A DNA stretch of 64,000 nucleotides from contig NC_068981.1 in assembly GCF_001194135.2 (NCBI RefSeq), forward strand, positions 173,172,249-173,236,248. Direction: 5' to 3'. The position numbers and the translations under genes were made by a program. The notes beneath the pieces were generated by a model that was given only the letters and a program-made list of their open reading frames with translations, was not told the origin of the DNA and ran no database searches. The stretch comes from Octopus bimaculoides (lineage: Eukaryota). Position 1 is the first letter of the stretch; every line of letters starts with the position of its first letter. Below, one piece after another: positions 14,226 through 27,042 of this stretch.

Positions 14226-14629
14226 TATTTATGTTTGTGCCTTATACTCTATAAAAATATTGACTCATTCCACCTTCACAAATAAAGCTCTAACTTTTTG
14301 TTAGGTCAGATACATGCCCTTAAATGGTACAGATATCTCAGAATAGAAGTTCAAACTTAATTTTCTTGTCTTTCTGTTTGTATTCATTAAACTGGCTGAA
14401 GTAGCAAATGTGTAAACATATATATATTATATATAGTGCTGGTGGCATGGAAAATGTACCCAGAACTAAATTACGCTAATTCATGAAATAAAGAGACTAA
14501 TTCATGAAATAAAGAGACTATATGCATCAGTTCCCAACCATGTGATTTGGGGTTCAGTCCCACTGTAGGGCACCTTGGGCAAGTGTCTTCTACTATAGAC
14601 CCAAGCTGACCAGTCTTATGTATGAGTCT

Positions 14630-14806
14630 AGCCACTACACATTCTTCATTTTCTCTCCCTGTTTCTTTCTGTGTTCCTTTCTGTGGAAGAGCATAAGCTC
14701 GAAATGTTAAAGGCTTCTTCACTTCCTGAGCGTTAAACTAATACATCTGTTTGTTGTTTACACCACCTGTCTTTGTCTTTTGTTTTTTTTTGTGAATTCT
14801 CCCCTA
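14630..14806 (+). mobile_element. Penelope-like terminal repeat (pLTR) fragment with degenerate minimal hammerhead fold
   Basis: Ends in gtgaattctccc adjoining (TA)n, with a second partial copy at about 30860-30950. Contains CCTTT-CTGTGGAA-GAGC ATAA GCTC-GAAA-TGTT-AAAGG at 14676-14713. Confidence 0.5.
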
Positions 14807-14812
14807 TATATG

Positions 14813-14848
<36 letters not shown>

Positions 14849-15957
14849 TACATGCTTATATATATATATATATATATATATANNNNNNNNNNNNNNNNNN
14901 NNNNNNNNNNNNNNNNNNNNNNNNNNNNNNNNNNNNNNNNNNNNNNNNNNNNNNNNNNNNNNNNNNNNNNNNNNNNNNNNNNNNNNNNNNNNNNNNNNNN
15001 NNNNNNNNNNNNNNNNNNNNNNNNNNNNNNNNNNNNNNNNNNNNNNNNNNNNNNNNNNNNNNNNNNNNNNNNNNNNNNNNNNNNNNNNNNNNNNNNNNNN
15101 NNNNNNNNNNNNNNNNNNNNNNNNNNNNNNNNNNNNNNNNNNNNNNNNNNNNNNNNNNTATATATGTATATATATATATATATGTATATATATAATGTAT
15201 ATACATATATAAATCTATAATAAATTTGACATGGGCGAGCATTGTATTCTTTCTTGTCTTGAGGTTTACAGCCAAACAGCTGGGTGGATTCACGTGAAAA
15301 ATGGCACACATGTGGAGACGGCTGCATAGATTGGAATGTGGCTTGTATTTTTTCCTAACCCCCATAGTTAACGAGAAAATCGATTAAAACAACCTGCGTG
15401 CATGCACGTGTGTGTGTGTGTGTGTCACTGAAGCCATTCATTCATACATACATACATACATAACCACTCTCTCTCTGTCATTCACTCACTACAAAAACTG
15501 AATGGAAAAATTTCAGTTATCTCTCTCTCTTATATACACACACACCATCAACATTACTCTCTCTGTCTCTTCACACACACTCACAAAAGGAATTCATATA
15601 TACACCACACATTCTGTCTTGCACACCACATCAAACACACAAACACATGCACACACATCAATTCTTCTGTCTCACGCAACTTTAAAAGAACTTCACTGAT
15701 ACAACTGTGCTCTCTCTGTCTCTTTCGCTTTCACACCAACTTCAAAAGATCCCCTTTTTTTCCCCAACAACATATTAAAAAAATATTTTCACTTGTCCGG
15801 GCATTGCTATTGCAGACAAATTCACAACAATTCGACTCAAGAGATAAACACAAACCACCTCGTGCTGACTGCAAAACTCCCGCCAAATTATTCACAAACA
15901 CACACACACACGTCCATTTGATATGTCTTCTTTCAATTTCTGCTCTCTGATTAGACA

Positions 15958-16545
15958 AACGTCTAATACAATAGCTCTCACCTACATTTTGTTCTCTAAA
16001 AAGGTACGTGTCTATTTTTTTTATGTGCGTATAAGAATGACTTATTCGATACTTCTCCAATTAGCTTTTATCTTCACTTTTCTTAAATTGGATACGTCTG
16101 CTATTAAGTTGCAGAAGTTTGGCAGTACAGTTAAAAATCATTTTGACTTTTTCCCCGACATTAACCCTAAAACCCTAGCCCTAACCCTAACTCTAAAACT
16201 CTAACTCTAAAACTCTAACCCTAAAACCCTAACCTTAACCCTAACCCTAACCGTAACCGTAAGTACAGAAATGTTTTGAAATTTTTGTCCGAATCATAAT
16301 GTCCGTATTTTTCCGCATATTTTGAAAAAAAAAATTTGCCGATATTGTCCGATTCTGTTAAACGTCTAATACAATAGCTCTCACCTACATTTTGTTCTCT
16401 AAAAAGGTGCGTGTCTGTTTTTTCTATAAGCGTATAACAATGACTTATTCCATACTTCTCCACTTAGCTTTTATCTTCACTTTTCTTAAATTGGATACGT
16501 CCGCTATTAAGTTGCAGAAGTTTGGCAGTACAGTTAAAAATCATT
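15958..16545. repeat. ~185-bp direct duplication (15958-16142 / 16359-16545) inside the Helitron
   Basis: gtctaatacaatagctctcacctacatttt...ggcagtacagttaaaaatcattt occurs twice with few differences. Confidence 0.9.
16160..16262. repeat. Degenerate (CCCTAA)n telomere-like tract
   Basis: aaccctaaaaccctagccctaaccctaactctaa...aaccctaaccctaaccgtaaccgtaa. Confidence 0.85.
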
Positions 16546-17015
16546 TCTGCTTTACTTCTTAGATACAATTTTCCCGTAAATTCTTACAGCCTCATTTCTT
16601 GGTGATGATTGAAATGTCAGACATTTTCTAACTGTTAAAGCAATTCTTTATGTCAACTTTTTAATGCGTCTCTATTAAAACCATCATAGCTTATGCCTAA
16701 CTGAAAATGATAGATGATCTCTTATCATTTAGCTTCATGGTTATTCACTATTGTCATTTCTAATCAATTTACCAATATTGGCCTTCAAAGCTGCATGCTT
16801 TTTTTGAAACATTCCATTACTTTTTTTCTTATTTATCGTTTATACATTTTGACCTATAATAACAGATAAGGATTAATACTTCGTTCAAAAACCTTAACGT
16901 TTTACTTTAAGAGATGGGTTCAAGTTGCAAAAAACTATACTTTCGTTAAACTTAGTATTTGCTTCTTTAAAAAATCTCATGACGTTTGGCTCAGTAAAAA
17001 CCATCTTTACAGATA

Positions 17016-17748
17016 ATGCCTAACCGAAAACGATCAATGCTCTGTTCCAAAAGGAATGCCCTCCTAAAACAGCGAAAAAGGGAGTTGCGTTCACAGGTAC
17101 GTTTTTCAACGTTCATATCATTTCGATTTTGCTTCCACACATTCTCATGTATCCCATTTAAATATTGCACTTTCATATGTGCTCTGCTATTCCTTTCAGG
17201 AAACACCAGAAGCAAGAGAGGCCCGTCTTGCTGCACAGCGTAGTCGTGATCAGCGCTCACTACTTGAGGAATCAGCAGAAGCAAGGCAGGCCCGTCTTGC
17301 TGCCCAGCGTCGTCGAGATCAATGCTCACTACTTGATGAGCCTGTTGAAGTAAGGCAGGCCCGTCTTGCTTCCATGCGTATTCGAAATCAGCACTCACTC
17401 CTTCAGGAGTCAGCAGAAACAAGGCAGGCCCGTCTTGCCACCCAGCGTAGTCGTAATCAACGCTCACTCCTTGAGAAGCGTGTTGAAGCAAGACGGGCCC
17501 ACCTTGCTGCCCAGTGTAGTCCACATCAGCAATCGAGTCTTGAGGAATCATTGGAGGTTAGGGAAAACAGGTTGGCAAGGGGCGCATTTTGGATGAGAGC
17601 TGGCTTCAGATACAGTCCTGCAGATGATTTCTCCAATCACCTGGACATGGCTCTTGGTAAAATGGACAGGGAATGCCAATTTCGTCAAGCTAAGAAGTGG
17701 GCTGATGAGGCAGCTGGTCTTTGTTGTTCCGGAGGCAAAGTTTGACTT
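17016..17748 (+). pseudogene. Helitron Rep/Hel N-terminus, two exons (17016-17096, 17200-17748), truncated
   Basis: The phase-0 GTACGT..TTTCAG intron 17097-17199 joins the exons in frame. Exon 2 has 22-aa E..E.RQARLA.QR repeats, then LGKMDRECQF..KW..E.AGLCCSGGKV, a typical Helitron Zn-binding motif. Confidence 0.8.
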
Positions 17749-18110
17749 CACCCTTCTGTTCTCTGCAATAAAGTTTTTACGGATACAACTGCTTACAAAA
17801 ATAGGGATTAATATATAATTTCTTTCTATGTTCATAAGTAAATCAATGTTTCCATGATTAGACAGAGGTCCAATAGAATAGCTCTCAGAAACAGACTACA
17901 TACAAATTCTTTCTTCATAACTCCTGAAGCTGTTTTCTGAAAAGGGGCTGGGGGGTGGGGTCAGGAAATTTTCATACAGCTGGAGGCTCCAATTGATACA
18001 GGGGACCCGAAATGATAAGGTTGAGAAACGGTGTTATAAATTATGTCTAACCGAAAACGATCACAGCCACATCATCCGAACAGACCGGGTGAAACCGGGC
18101 TTAGCTGTTA

Positions 18111-18158
<48 letters not shown>

Positions 18159-18467
18159 GTATATATATATTATTTATATTTATTTATATTAAGGGTATTA
18201 CATAAATGCCTCATGCTATGAGGGACTCTTAAAGTCAAAACTACCATAATAAATGCAGTGTACCGAATGTGAGGGAATGCCAACTCTTAAAAACAGATTC
18301 AGCCGCAAATCATATGATATTCATAGTTAGTGTACAAAATACACTTTCTAATCGTCAGTACAGGCATAGTCAAGACATAGTATTTATATATATGTATAGT
18401 ATTATGTGTGTATATATATTGTTATTTCTATGTATGTATATTAATATTTCTATGTATATATATATTA

Positions 18468-18499
<32 letters not shown>

Positions 18500-18819
18500 T
18501 TCTGTGTGAGTTAGAGGTTGGGAAACCAACAAACTAAGGGATAAAACTTATCCAATATACTTCTGGTAGTGTACCCAATTATTCATATCCATGTGCTAGT
18601 TATTGCGTAGTAATCTCGTAATTGTGTGTTATGTATGGATGAGTGTAAAAAGTGGTTTACCATAAATTTATACAGCAAGTAAGAAAATGGAGAGGATACA
18701 AAAGTGACATACATCAGTTGGTATACATTCTAGTATGTCCATTCATTTCAATGTATTAGGAAGTATTAGAAGAATACATACACATGTAATAACTATGTAT
18801 TACATAGACATGTACTAAT

Positions 18820-19153
18820 ATTGCAGAAAAGAGCAAACGTTCGAGTTGTCAGTAGGTCCTAGTTCCTTATGGCTGTTTCTGCCAAGTGGCATTTGGTCAA
18901 TGAGAGTGTTTGATGCTGCTGCCCTCATCTGTGTTTCCTGCCATGCGGTAGTCTCATCTGGAACCTGTAACAGGAAGAGGTCTAGTTTTGTTTTAAAGAC
19001 ACTTACATTCACACCATGCAGATCTCTCAGGCATTTTGGAAGGATATTAAAGAGCTGTGAGCCCTTGAAGCCTAAGCTGTTGCAGTATCTGGTCCTGTAT
19101 TTTTATGGCGATGCTGGGCTCTTTGGCACTATGCAGTAGTGCCCCGTTCTGCA
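18820..19153 (-). mobile_element. CR1 LINE 3' fragment
   Basis: FKTKLDLFLLQVPDE motif; 18884-19153 is nearly identical to 20521-20790. Confidence 0.85.
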
Positions 19154-19689
19154 GGGATGTGCAGATGAAGTTTGGATGATGAATGTGTCTCTAGGCTTCT
19201 TCAGAGGGTCTGAGTGGCTGGGAGGGCTAATACATTTAACAAACAGTTGATAATAAGTAGTGTGTTTGTCTTTTTCAAAAGGGCAGGAAAAGAATAAAAA
19301 TTGCATGAAAAATTACAGAGATGTGTAGAATGATGCAGTGGTGATGCTGGGCTTTGTATTTTTTGATAGCTTCTATGGTTACCGAGATAATCTACTATAA
19401 TAAAACTATTGTATTTATGAATGAGAAAGGAAGGGGTGATGTCATACTTGGTAGTGGAATGATGAAAATTGTACGCTGAAAAAATGAATCAAACAGCATT
19501 TCAACTCTGTATATATGTGTATGTATGTAAAAGGGAAGGAATGTGTGTGTGTGTGCGCTTGCAATGGAAGTGGGATGCTTCCTCTTTGTTTGCTTAGTAT
19601 TTGGGTGTAGTTTTCGATTTGATTGAATCTTAGTTGGTGTTTTTTTTTGCTGGTTAGTTATTTTTAGCATTTTGACAGAAGAAAGTCAT

Positions 19690-19802
19690 TCTAAAATTGT
19701 TTTTTAACGTAAGCGTGCCCAAACAAGTCGAATGCTTACACAGAGCAGGTTTTACAGCTACATCATCCAAAGCGACCAGGTGTAACCGGGCTTTGCTGAT
19801 AG
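19690..19802 (+). mobile_element. Second Helitron 3' terminus
   Basis: acagctacatcatccaaagcgaccaggtgtaaccgggctttgctgATAG|T parallels 18062-18111. Confidence 0.65.
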
Positions 19803-19829
19803 TATATATATATATATATATATATATAT

Positions 19830-20120
19830 ACTACAATGAAATGGGTTATTTCCATTGAGTGTTTAAAAAATATATTGTACAGATGCTATGGGTTGTTTCC
19901 CTTGGATGTTTAAAAAAAATTAGTTTGATGAGGTAGATATAAAGGTCCCAGGGACCGTATTATCGATTTTTTTTCAACAATCTTAAGTATGTCACAAGAT
20001 TTCCAGACATGAGTTCTACTCACGTGTCAAGTTTCATCAAAATCAATAAAACGGTGTAGGAGGAGTTAGCTAACAACGCCACAAACAAACACACACCGAT
20101 TTTCCACATACGTAGTAGAT
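19830..20120 (+). mobile_element. Probable Lep1/HINE-like non-autonomous rolling-circle element
   Basis: aagtttcatcaaaatc...ggtgtaggaggagtt...acaaacaaacac...tagtagat ending, followed by (AT)n. Confidence 0.4.
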
Positions 20121-20333
20121 ATATTTGTATATACATATATATATGCATATGTCTATATATACATATATGCATATATATGTGCACATATATGCATACATAT
20201 GTATATATATATATATATATATGCAGGTATGCATATACACACAAATATATGCATATATATATATGTAAGTATGCATATACACATATATATGCAAGTATGC
20301 ATATACACATATATATACGTATATGCATATATG

Positions 20334-20401
<68 letters not shown>

Positions 20402-20449
20402 AGTATGCATATACATATATATAACTATTTTACTATTTTAAAAATGTTT

Positions 20450-21727
20450 CAGCTGCAAAGTTGTGGTCATGCTGGAGAACCACCACTGAGCTACAGCATT
20501 ATTTGGAACCTCCTCTAATATGTGGCATTTGGTCAATGAGAGTGTTTGATGCTGCTGCCCTCATCTGTGTTTCCTGCCATGCGGTAGTCTCATCTGGAAC
20601 CCGTAACAGGAAGAGGTCTAGTTTTGTTTTAAAGACACTTACATTCACACCATGCAGATCTCTCAGGCATTTTGGAAGGATATTAAAGAGCTGTGAGCCC
20701 TTGAAGCCTAAGCTGTTGCAGTATCTGGTCCTGTATTTTTATGGCGATGCTGGGCTCTTTGGCACTATGCAGTAGTGCCCCGTTCTGCAGTTTGAATAAC
20801 TTTCAATACCAAAGTTTGGTACAAGGCCTTCTAGTATTTTCCAGATGTATATCACTGCATATCTCTCCCGCCTTCGTTCCAGGGAGAAGAGTTTTAATTC
20901 TTTATGTCTTTCCCAGTAGCAGACATGTTGCATTGAGACGATTTTCTTAGTGTAGCTTCGTTGGATTGCTTTAAGTTCCGCCTTGAATTTTTTATTGTGT
21001 GGTGACCATAGTTGGAAGCAATAGTCTAAGCAGCTGAGAACGTATGTCCTCTAAAGGATCATCAATGTCCTCTTTTCTCTTATTTTGAAAGTTCGGAGGA
21101 TCCATCCAGCCAGCTGTCTGCATTTTATTACCAAATTGGTAAATTGGTAATATGCACTTGAAAAGATGCATCATTGCTCATGTGAATGCCCAGGTCAAGC
21201 ACTGACTTTGAGTCAGGGATTTCAATTCCTCCTGGGCCAGTGTATCCTGTCTGCATGTTGATTAGCTTTGTGTGCTGGTAGAGTAGGTCTGGAATTTTCC
21301 TGCATTAAACTGCATGTTGTCCTCAGCCCCCCTGTATATTGCGTCCAACTCCTGTTGCAGATGTGCAATATTTCCAGGATTTTGTATTGCCTGAGAGACT
21401 TTTGTGTCATCTGCATAACTAGCAAGGGTGGCTATCTGAGCAACCAAGGGCATGTCAGAGAGGGCCACTGTGAACAGCAGTGGCCCCAAGACAGTACTCT
21501 GTGGAACGCCACTTGCTATTTGTGTTTCCTTGGAGGTGGCTCCATTGGCCATTACTGCCTAATGTTTATCCTTTAGAAAGTTGTGCAGCCATTCTCCAAG
21601 TTTTCCGCATATGCCGAGATCGCACAGTTTGTGACATATCATACCATGGTCAACTTTATCAAAGGCTTTTGCAAAGTCGAGATATATCACATCCATGCTT
21701 GAGTCATTCAGCAGCTGTTTTAACACC
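20450..21727 (-). mobile_element. CR1-clade LINE RT/3' relic
   Basis: ORF 21262-21552 SGVPQSTVLGPLLF..YADDTK; DFAKAFDKVDHG; LKLFSLERRRERY; runs into an N gap. Confidence 0.9.
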
Positions 21728-21737
21728 NNNNNNNNNN

Positions 21738-21768
<31 letters not shown>

Positions 21769-22519
21769 ATGCATACATGGGTACAGGATGTCACCAACAC
21801 ACACACACATATATATATATAAAATGTTACATCCAGTTTTTCATTTTCATTTTCAATTTGTCTAGACACACACACGCACACACTCATGTGTGTGTCTGTA
21901 TTGGTTTACATCTTATTTGCTTGAGAAAATTGCAATATTTAGCCAAAGTTGTCAGTTTTCTTCTCAACAAACCACATAACAAATGGTGTTCATCACTTGA
22001 GAACAGAAATAATCCTTCACATGGGCCCCTATACAATTTCTGTCTATCAAATTTCACTCATAAGTCTTTGTTCAATCCAAGGCTAAGGTGGAACACAGTT
22101 CCTCAAAGTGCTGTCCAGTGGAATCAAACCTGAAAGTACATAGTTCTGAAGTTAGCTTTTTTTAATTACACCCAAATTAGGAGATGATTGTTATGGTTTA
22201 GCCCCTTGTGCACTCTGATTGAGCAGACCTGTGATCAAAGGCATTCAACTGATCACCATTCTTTTCCTTAGCACATTGCACTCAGGACCACATTATCCTC
22301 TGATAGTAGGGTATGATTTGAGGGAGGTTTGGCTGTTGTTTCAAGCAAGTCAAGTAGCCTTTACGTACGTGGATAAAAGAGTGTGAGCATGTAACTTGTT
22401 TCTTCAATTGATTTAAGTTGTTGGTTCGAAGTGGATGAACTTTTGTAATACATCACTGATCTTCATTGTTCCACTGATTTATAAGTATCCTTAATATTGG
22501 ATTTATCTTTATTTTTAAT

Positions 22520-22700
22520 TTTTTACTCATTTCAGTCAGTAGACTGTAGCCATGCTGGGGCACTATCTTAAAGAATTTTAGCTAACCAGATTGACCCCAG
22601 TACTTGTTTTTTAAAGCCTGGTACTTATTCTATCAATCTCTTTTGCCAAACAGCTAGGTTACTGATACATAAACATACCAACATCAGTTGTCAAGCAGTC
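22520..22700 (-). mobile_element. SINE with tail ggtgccccagcatgg(c/t)(t/c)acagtc
   Basis: gactgtagccatgctggggcac...gaccccagtactt...ggtacttattctatc; a similar copy lies at 49030-49200. Confidence 0.7.
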
Positions 22701-23365
22701 ATTTTATTCTGCAATGCATGCTGTAAAATATGAATATGAAATTATTAAAGTTGTAATTGCTGTAGAATAAGTATGAAAGATGCTGGATACAAAATTTTCT
22801 TTATATATATTCATTTGAATTTAATGTAACTATTGTCTGTGGGTGCACAATAGACTAAAAGAAACCAACACTATGATATTGGTGATGGTAGCATCTTATT
22901 TTCTTGTTCTGTAGAATGACTAAAAGTAAATTGAAAACTTGTTTCTATACTCAGCTTCTTAGCTTCTAAAATAACAGAATAATTGATATTTAATAGTTAT
23001 GATGATGTACTTAGTGGTTAATGTGATTAAAACTCCAGCACTATATTATCCTAATCTTTTTAATACCAATCCACTTGTGTCTGCCTGTACTACAGTATTT
23101 GTATTTAGATTAAAATCTTGATCAAAATTTCGTGATGTGAATACTAGCTTGGAATTTTAATTGGTCAACACTAGCATAATAAATGCATACCAATATATTT
23201 AGATATTTAAAATAAACAAAACCATCCAATGTTGTGAATCTTTTCAAAATTAGTTGAAGCATGTAAGCAGTCTACTCATTACAAGTATAATCATGAAAAG
23301 GTTAGAAGAATCAATCACATATTTGCTTCAGTTCTGCTATACAATTGTGTAATGTTGGAAAAAGT

Positions 23366-23427
<62 letters not shown>

Positions 23428-24366
23428 TAATACATACATGTGTGTGTGTAATATATTTTTGTATTATATAATACTAGTATAAAGACTGCTTTCTTGGTGG
23501 TTTTTCTGCTAGTCACTAAATGATATTTATATATATATGATTTCCAATATTTTTTAGTTGTGTAATTTTTCTGATTCATTGCATCTAATTTTCCTTTGTA
23601 TCCTTTATTTGACTGATACTCACTCGCTTAGTAAATATTTCTTTCATTATTTTATCGCAGTTTTAATCTCTCTTTCAAACAAACTCAAAGTACTCCATCC
23701 CCTACGTGGTCATTTATTATATTAGAAATAGCAGGGATCATGTGGGTATATTCTAAGGCATACAGCATACCAAACAGCCATACCAACAAATTCACTTCTG
23801 ATTCTTTTCTTTCAAATGATGCCTGTGTAGCAATTTCAGATTGCCTACCTACTCTAGTAACTTGAAATTGCATTCAGATTGTGTGGAAAAGCTTGGATAA
23901 AATTGATTTCATCCTATCCTCTGTGATTTCAGATTACCTTCTCAAATCCCTCCCCAAATAGTTGTTGTCTTGGTGGCAAATAAAGTGCTTTCTGTGTGTG
24001 TTAAGTACCTGTGTTTAAATCATAGAGAAAGAGTTTTGAACATATACTTTGTTGGTTCAAATTTGAAGAAGTTGCATTTACAGTATATTAATATATTTTT
24101 TATTTTATAATTGTGAATGAATATATTTTGTATATAAATATATTTTGTTTGCATTTGAAGCATATGTCTATTTATATATTTTGTTTTGCATAATATATAT
24201 TTCAATCACTAAAAGTTATTTTCAAAAAATTGCAGACTCAGAATCTCTGTTGTTCAAAGGTGTTTTTAAAGGCATCATAAAAATGTTAGGAGATGTATTG
24301 TGGCAATAATCATATTGAAAATCTTACTGTTGGTTCTAACATGATTATTATATCTTTCCAGTCAAC

Positions 24367-24408
<42 letters not shown>

Positions 24409-24761
24409 TGTTGGTATTAATAACATATATAAATACAAAATTGCAGAGATTCAGACATGGCAATTCTTTATTTATGTTCATTGTATGAACTGCAGTAACA
24501 TAAGCAGTGGAGGTTCAACAAAGGAATCAACTACTGAAAATATATTAACAAAGATGATGTGGAAAGAGAGAGAGGGAGAAGCAAGACATTAAAAAAATGC
24601 TTTCTCTCAGATTAAGATTTGAAAAAAAACAATTGCAAAGAATTAAAATTATTTAGCTGAGAAAATTACATTTTGATAAAAAAATATATTAAAACTGGAA
24701 TTTTAAAGAATTTTCTATACTGTGGAGACTTAAATAAATTGCTTTCTCAATTACAGCACTT

Positions 24762-25864
24762 ATACAAGGGTCGGTTGAAAAGCTCTTAGGCTGACCAAGG
24801 TACTCATGGAATGTGACCAAATCAGGATTATTTTTCAACATTGTCCCCCTTGTGGTCCACACACTTTTTCCATCAGTGTTTCCGTACTTGGATCCCATTG
24901 GTGAAGTAGCTTGTCATCAACAGCAGATATGACATCATCACTGTGATGCTGGTTCCTAACCAAGTGTTTTTCTGATGTTAGATAGGGACAAATCAGGAGA
25001 ATATGGAGGTTGATCAATTAGTTCAAAGCCACAGTCAGGTGCAGCAGCCATTGAAAGCAAGGACTTATGTGCTGGAGCATTGTCCTGATGAAACAAGACT
25101 CCTTTCATCACTTTTCCTGGGTGTTTGATCTTCATAGTGTTTTGTAACTGCCTCAACAAGTTGGTATAGTATGCTCCATTGATAGTGTGGCCCTTTTGGA
25201 AGATAGTCAATAAGCACAATGTCTTTTGGATTAAGAAAACACCTTTCCTGCAGGTGAGGAGGGGGTGTTTTTGCTGCATGGATTGTCTCTTTGTCTCTGG
25301 CTCAAGATAATGAACCCAGCACTATACTGGGTTAGGAAACTTTCAAGGAAACCAACGAAATCTTCCTTAAGTAATGCCGGATTTTCCCTATGATGTGATC
25401 AGCCTAGTGTACTTTTGATCAGGTGTCAGGAGACATGGCAGCTACTGAACAGAAAGAAACCTTCCAGAATATTCTCTTCTCTCTCATGGGATATGTTAAT
25501 AGCATTGGTTATTTGATTTATTGTCAATTGCCCATCATCCATGTGAAGAACACAACGTTTTTCTTGGTGGTGTCTGGCAGGACATCCCAGAGCTTGGATC
25601 ATCTACAAAACTCTCCCTTCCCCTCCTAACAAGACTCTTCTTTTCCTTCCTAAATTCACCTGCTCACTTTTTGCACTGTATGAATGTTGTTGGGGGTTAA
25701 ACCCTTTTTCTACTAGTTACTTTTGGAGCCTTTGAACAGTTTAGTGTCAACCTGAATAGAAACAATGCAGTTAATTAGAAGAGTTGAAATAACTGCATGC
25801 AAGATTTCACATCTCTGACATCACTCTTTTATAGTCAGCCTATAAACTTTTCAGTCCACCCTGG
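24762..25864 (-). mobile_element. Mariner transposon relic
   Basis: Diverged TIRs AGGGTCGGTTGAAAAGCTCTTAGGCTGAC (about 24766) and GTCAGCCTATAAACTTTTCAGTCCACCCT (about 25833-25862). ORF 24956-25279 has HQDNAPAH and PPYSPDL. Confidence 0.85.
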
Positions 25865-26231
25865 TGTGTGTGTATGTATATATATGTGTATGTATGTATG
25901 TATATGTGTGTATGTATATATATATATGTGTGTGTGTGTGTGTATTTATATATATATATGTATATATGTATATGCATGTATATATATATATGTATGTATG
26001 TATATATATATGTATATGTATGTATGTATATATGTATATGTATGTATGTATATATATATATGTATATGTATGTATGTATATATATATATGTATATGTATG
26101 TATGTATGTATATATATATGTATATGTATGTATGTATGTATATATATATGTATATGTTGTATGTATGTATATATATATGTATATGTATGTATGTATATAT
26201 ATATGTATATGCATGTATATATATATGTATG

Positions 26232-26296
<65 letters not shown>

Positions 26297-26402
26297 GCAT
26301 GTATATATATATATGTATGTATATATATATATATATGTATATGCATGTATATATATATATGTATGTATATATATATATGTATATGCATGTATATATATAT
26401 AT
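25865..26402. repeat. ~540-bp compound (TA)n/(TATG)n microsatellite
   Basis: Direct inspection. Confidence 0.95.
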
Positions 26403-26700
26403 AAAAAGTGTGTAAATTACATGAGTTTTTACGGTATATATAAAGTATCTATATTATAATAAAGCTGTTTATCAATTAGTTATATGTACCTAAATTATAC
26501 GGAAAGAAAATTTTTTTGCATTCCAATTTGAATACATTTTTATCAAAATGTATTTTCATGGTTCTTTTATTATTGAACATTTCAACAACACAATTCAGTT
26601 AGAAAACTAATTTTGGTTTATTGTGAGATAGCATTTTTTGACATCTTGCTCCTTTTTCACTTCATTTGTGTCCCTTTTTTCTACTCTGTTTCCCTGTATC

Positions 26701-26741
<41 letters not shown>

Positions 26742-27042
26742 TCAGTTTTCATTAACAAGGTTTTTCTTCAAGATACTTTGAGAACATTTGTAAAAAATTT
26801 TACACTATATCTATTTATCATGTCAAAATTACAGAAATTTTTCGAGTTTCATTCTTTTATACACAAATGTGTAAACAATGGTCCTTTGAATAATTAAAGC
26901 CTCGGGTTATTTTCTGTGCCTATGTCAACTTTGCGTTTATTGTTAGGTAATATATTGATTTTGTTTAGCATCTTGATCACACTACAATAGTACAATTACA
27001 TACTGTGCTATTTGTTTCCATATTAGAAATTTTCAATTCCAC

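Larger units (their letters stand above)
15214..18111 (+). mobile_element. Non-autonomous (internally deleted) Helitron
   Basis: 5' A|TCTATAATAAA at 15214; 3' CCGG-GTGAAA-CCGG hairpin then TTAG|T (CTAG-like) at 18108-18111; inserted between A and T within AT repeats; carries a Rep-Hel N-terminal ORF. Confidence 0.75.

Noticed and set aside
14471-14520. 21-bp tandem duplication; similarly a 30-bp duplication at about 30026-30086 and ~35-bp units at 52430-52500
   Set aside because: Two-copy slippage duplications with no spacers; not CRISPR-like
16160-16262. Chromosome end or fusion site
   Set aside because: Short, degenerate and embedded in a TE
16991-17551. 186-aa minus-strand ORF with QQDGPA repeats
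   Set aside because: Antisense shadow of the Helitron 66-bp coding repeat
23660-24010. Possible minus-strand exon(s) (VLNTHRKHFICHQDNNYLGRDLR; ORF 23685-23873)
   Set aside because: Phases do not join and there is no recognisable homology; needs transcript evidence
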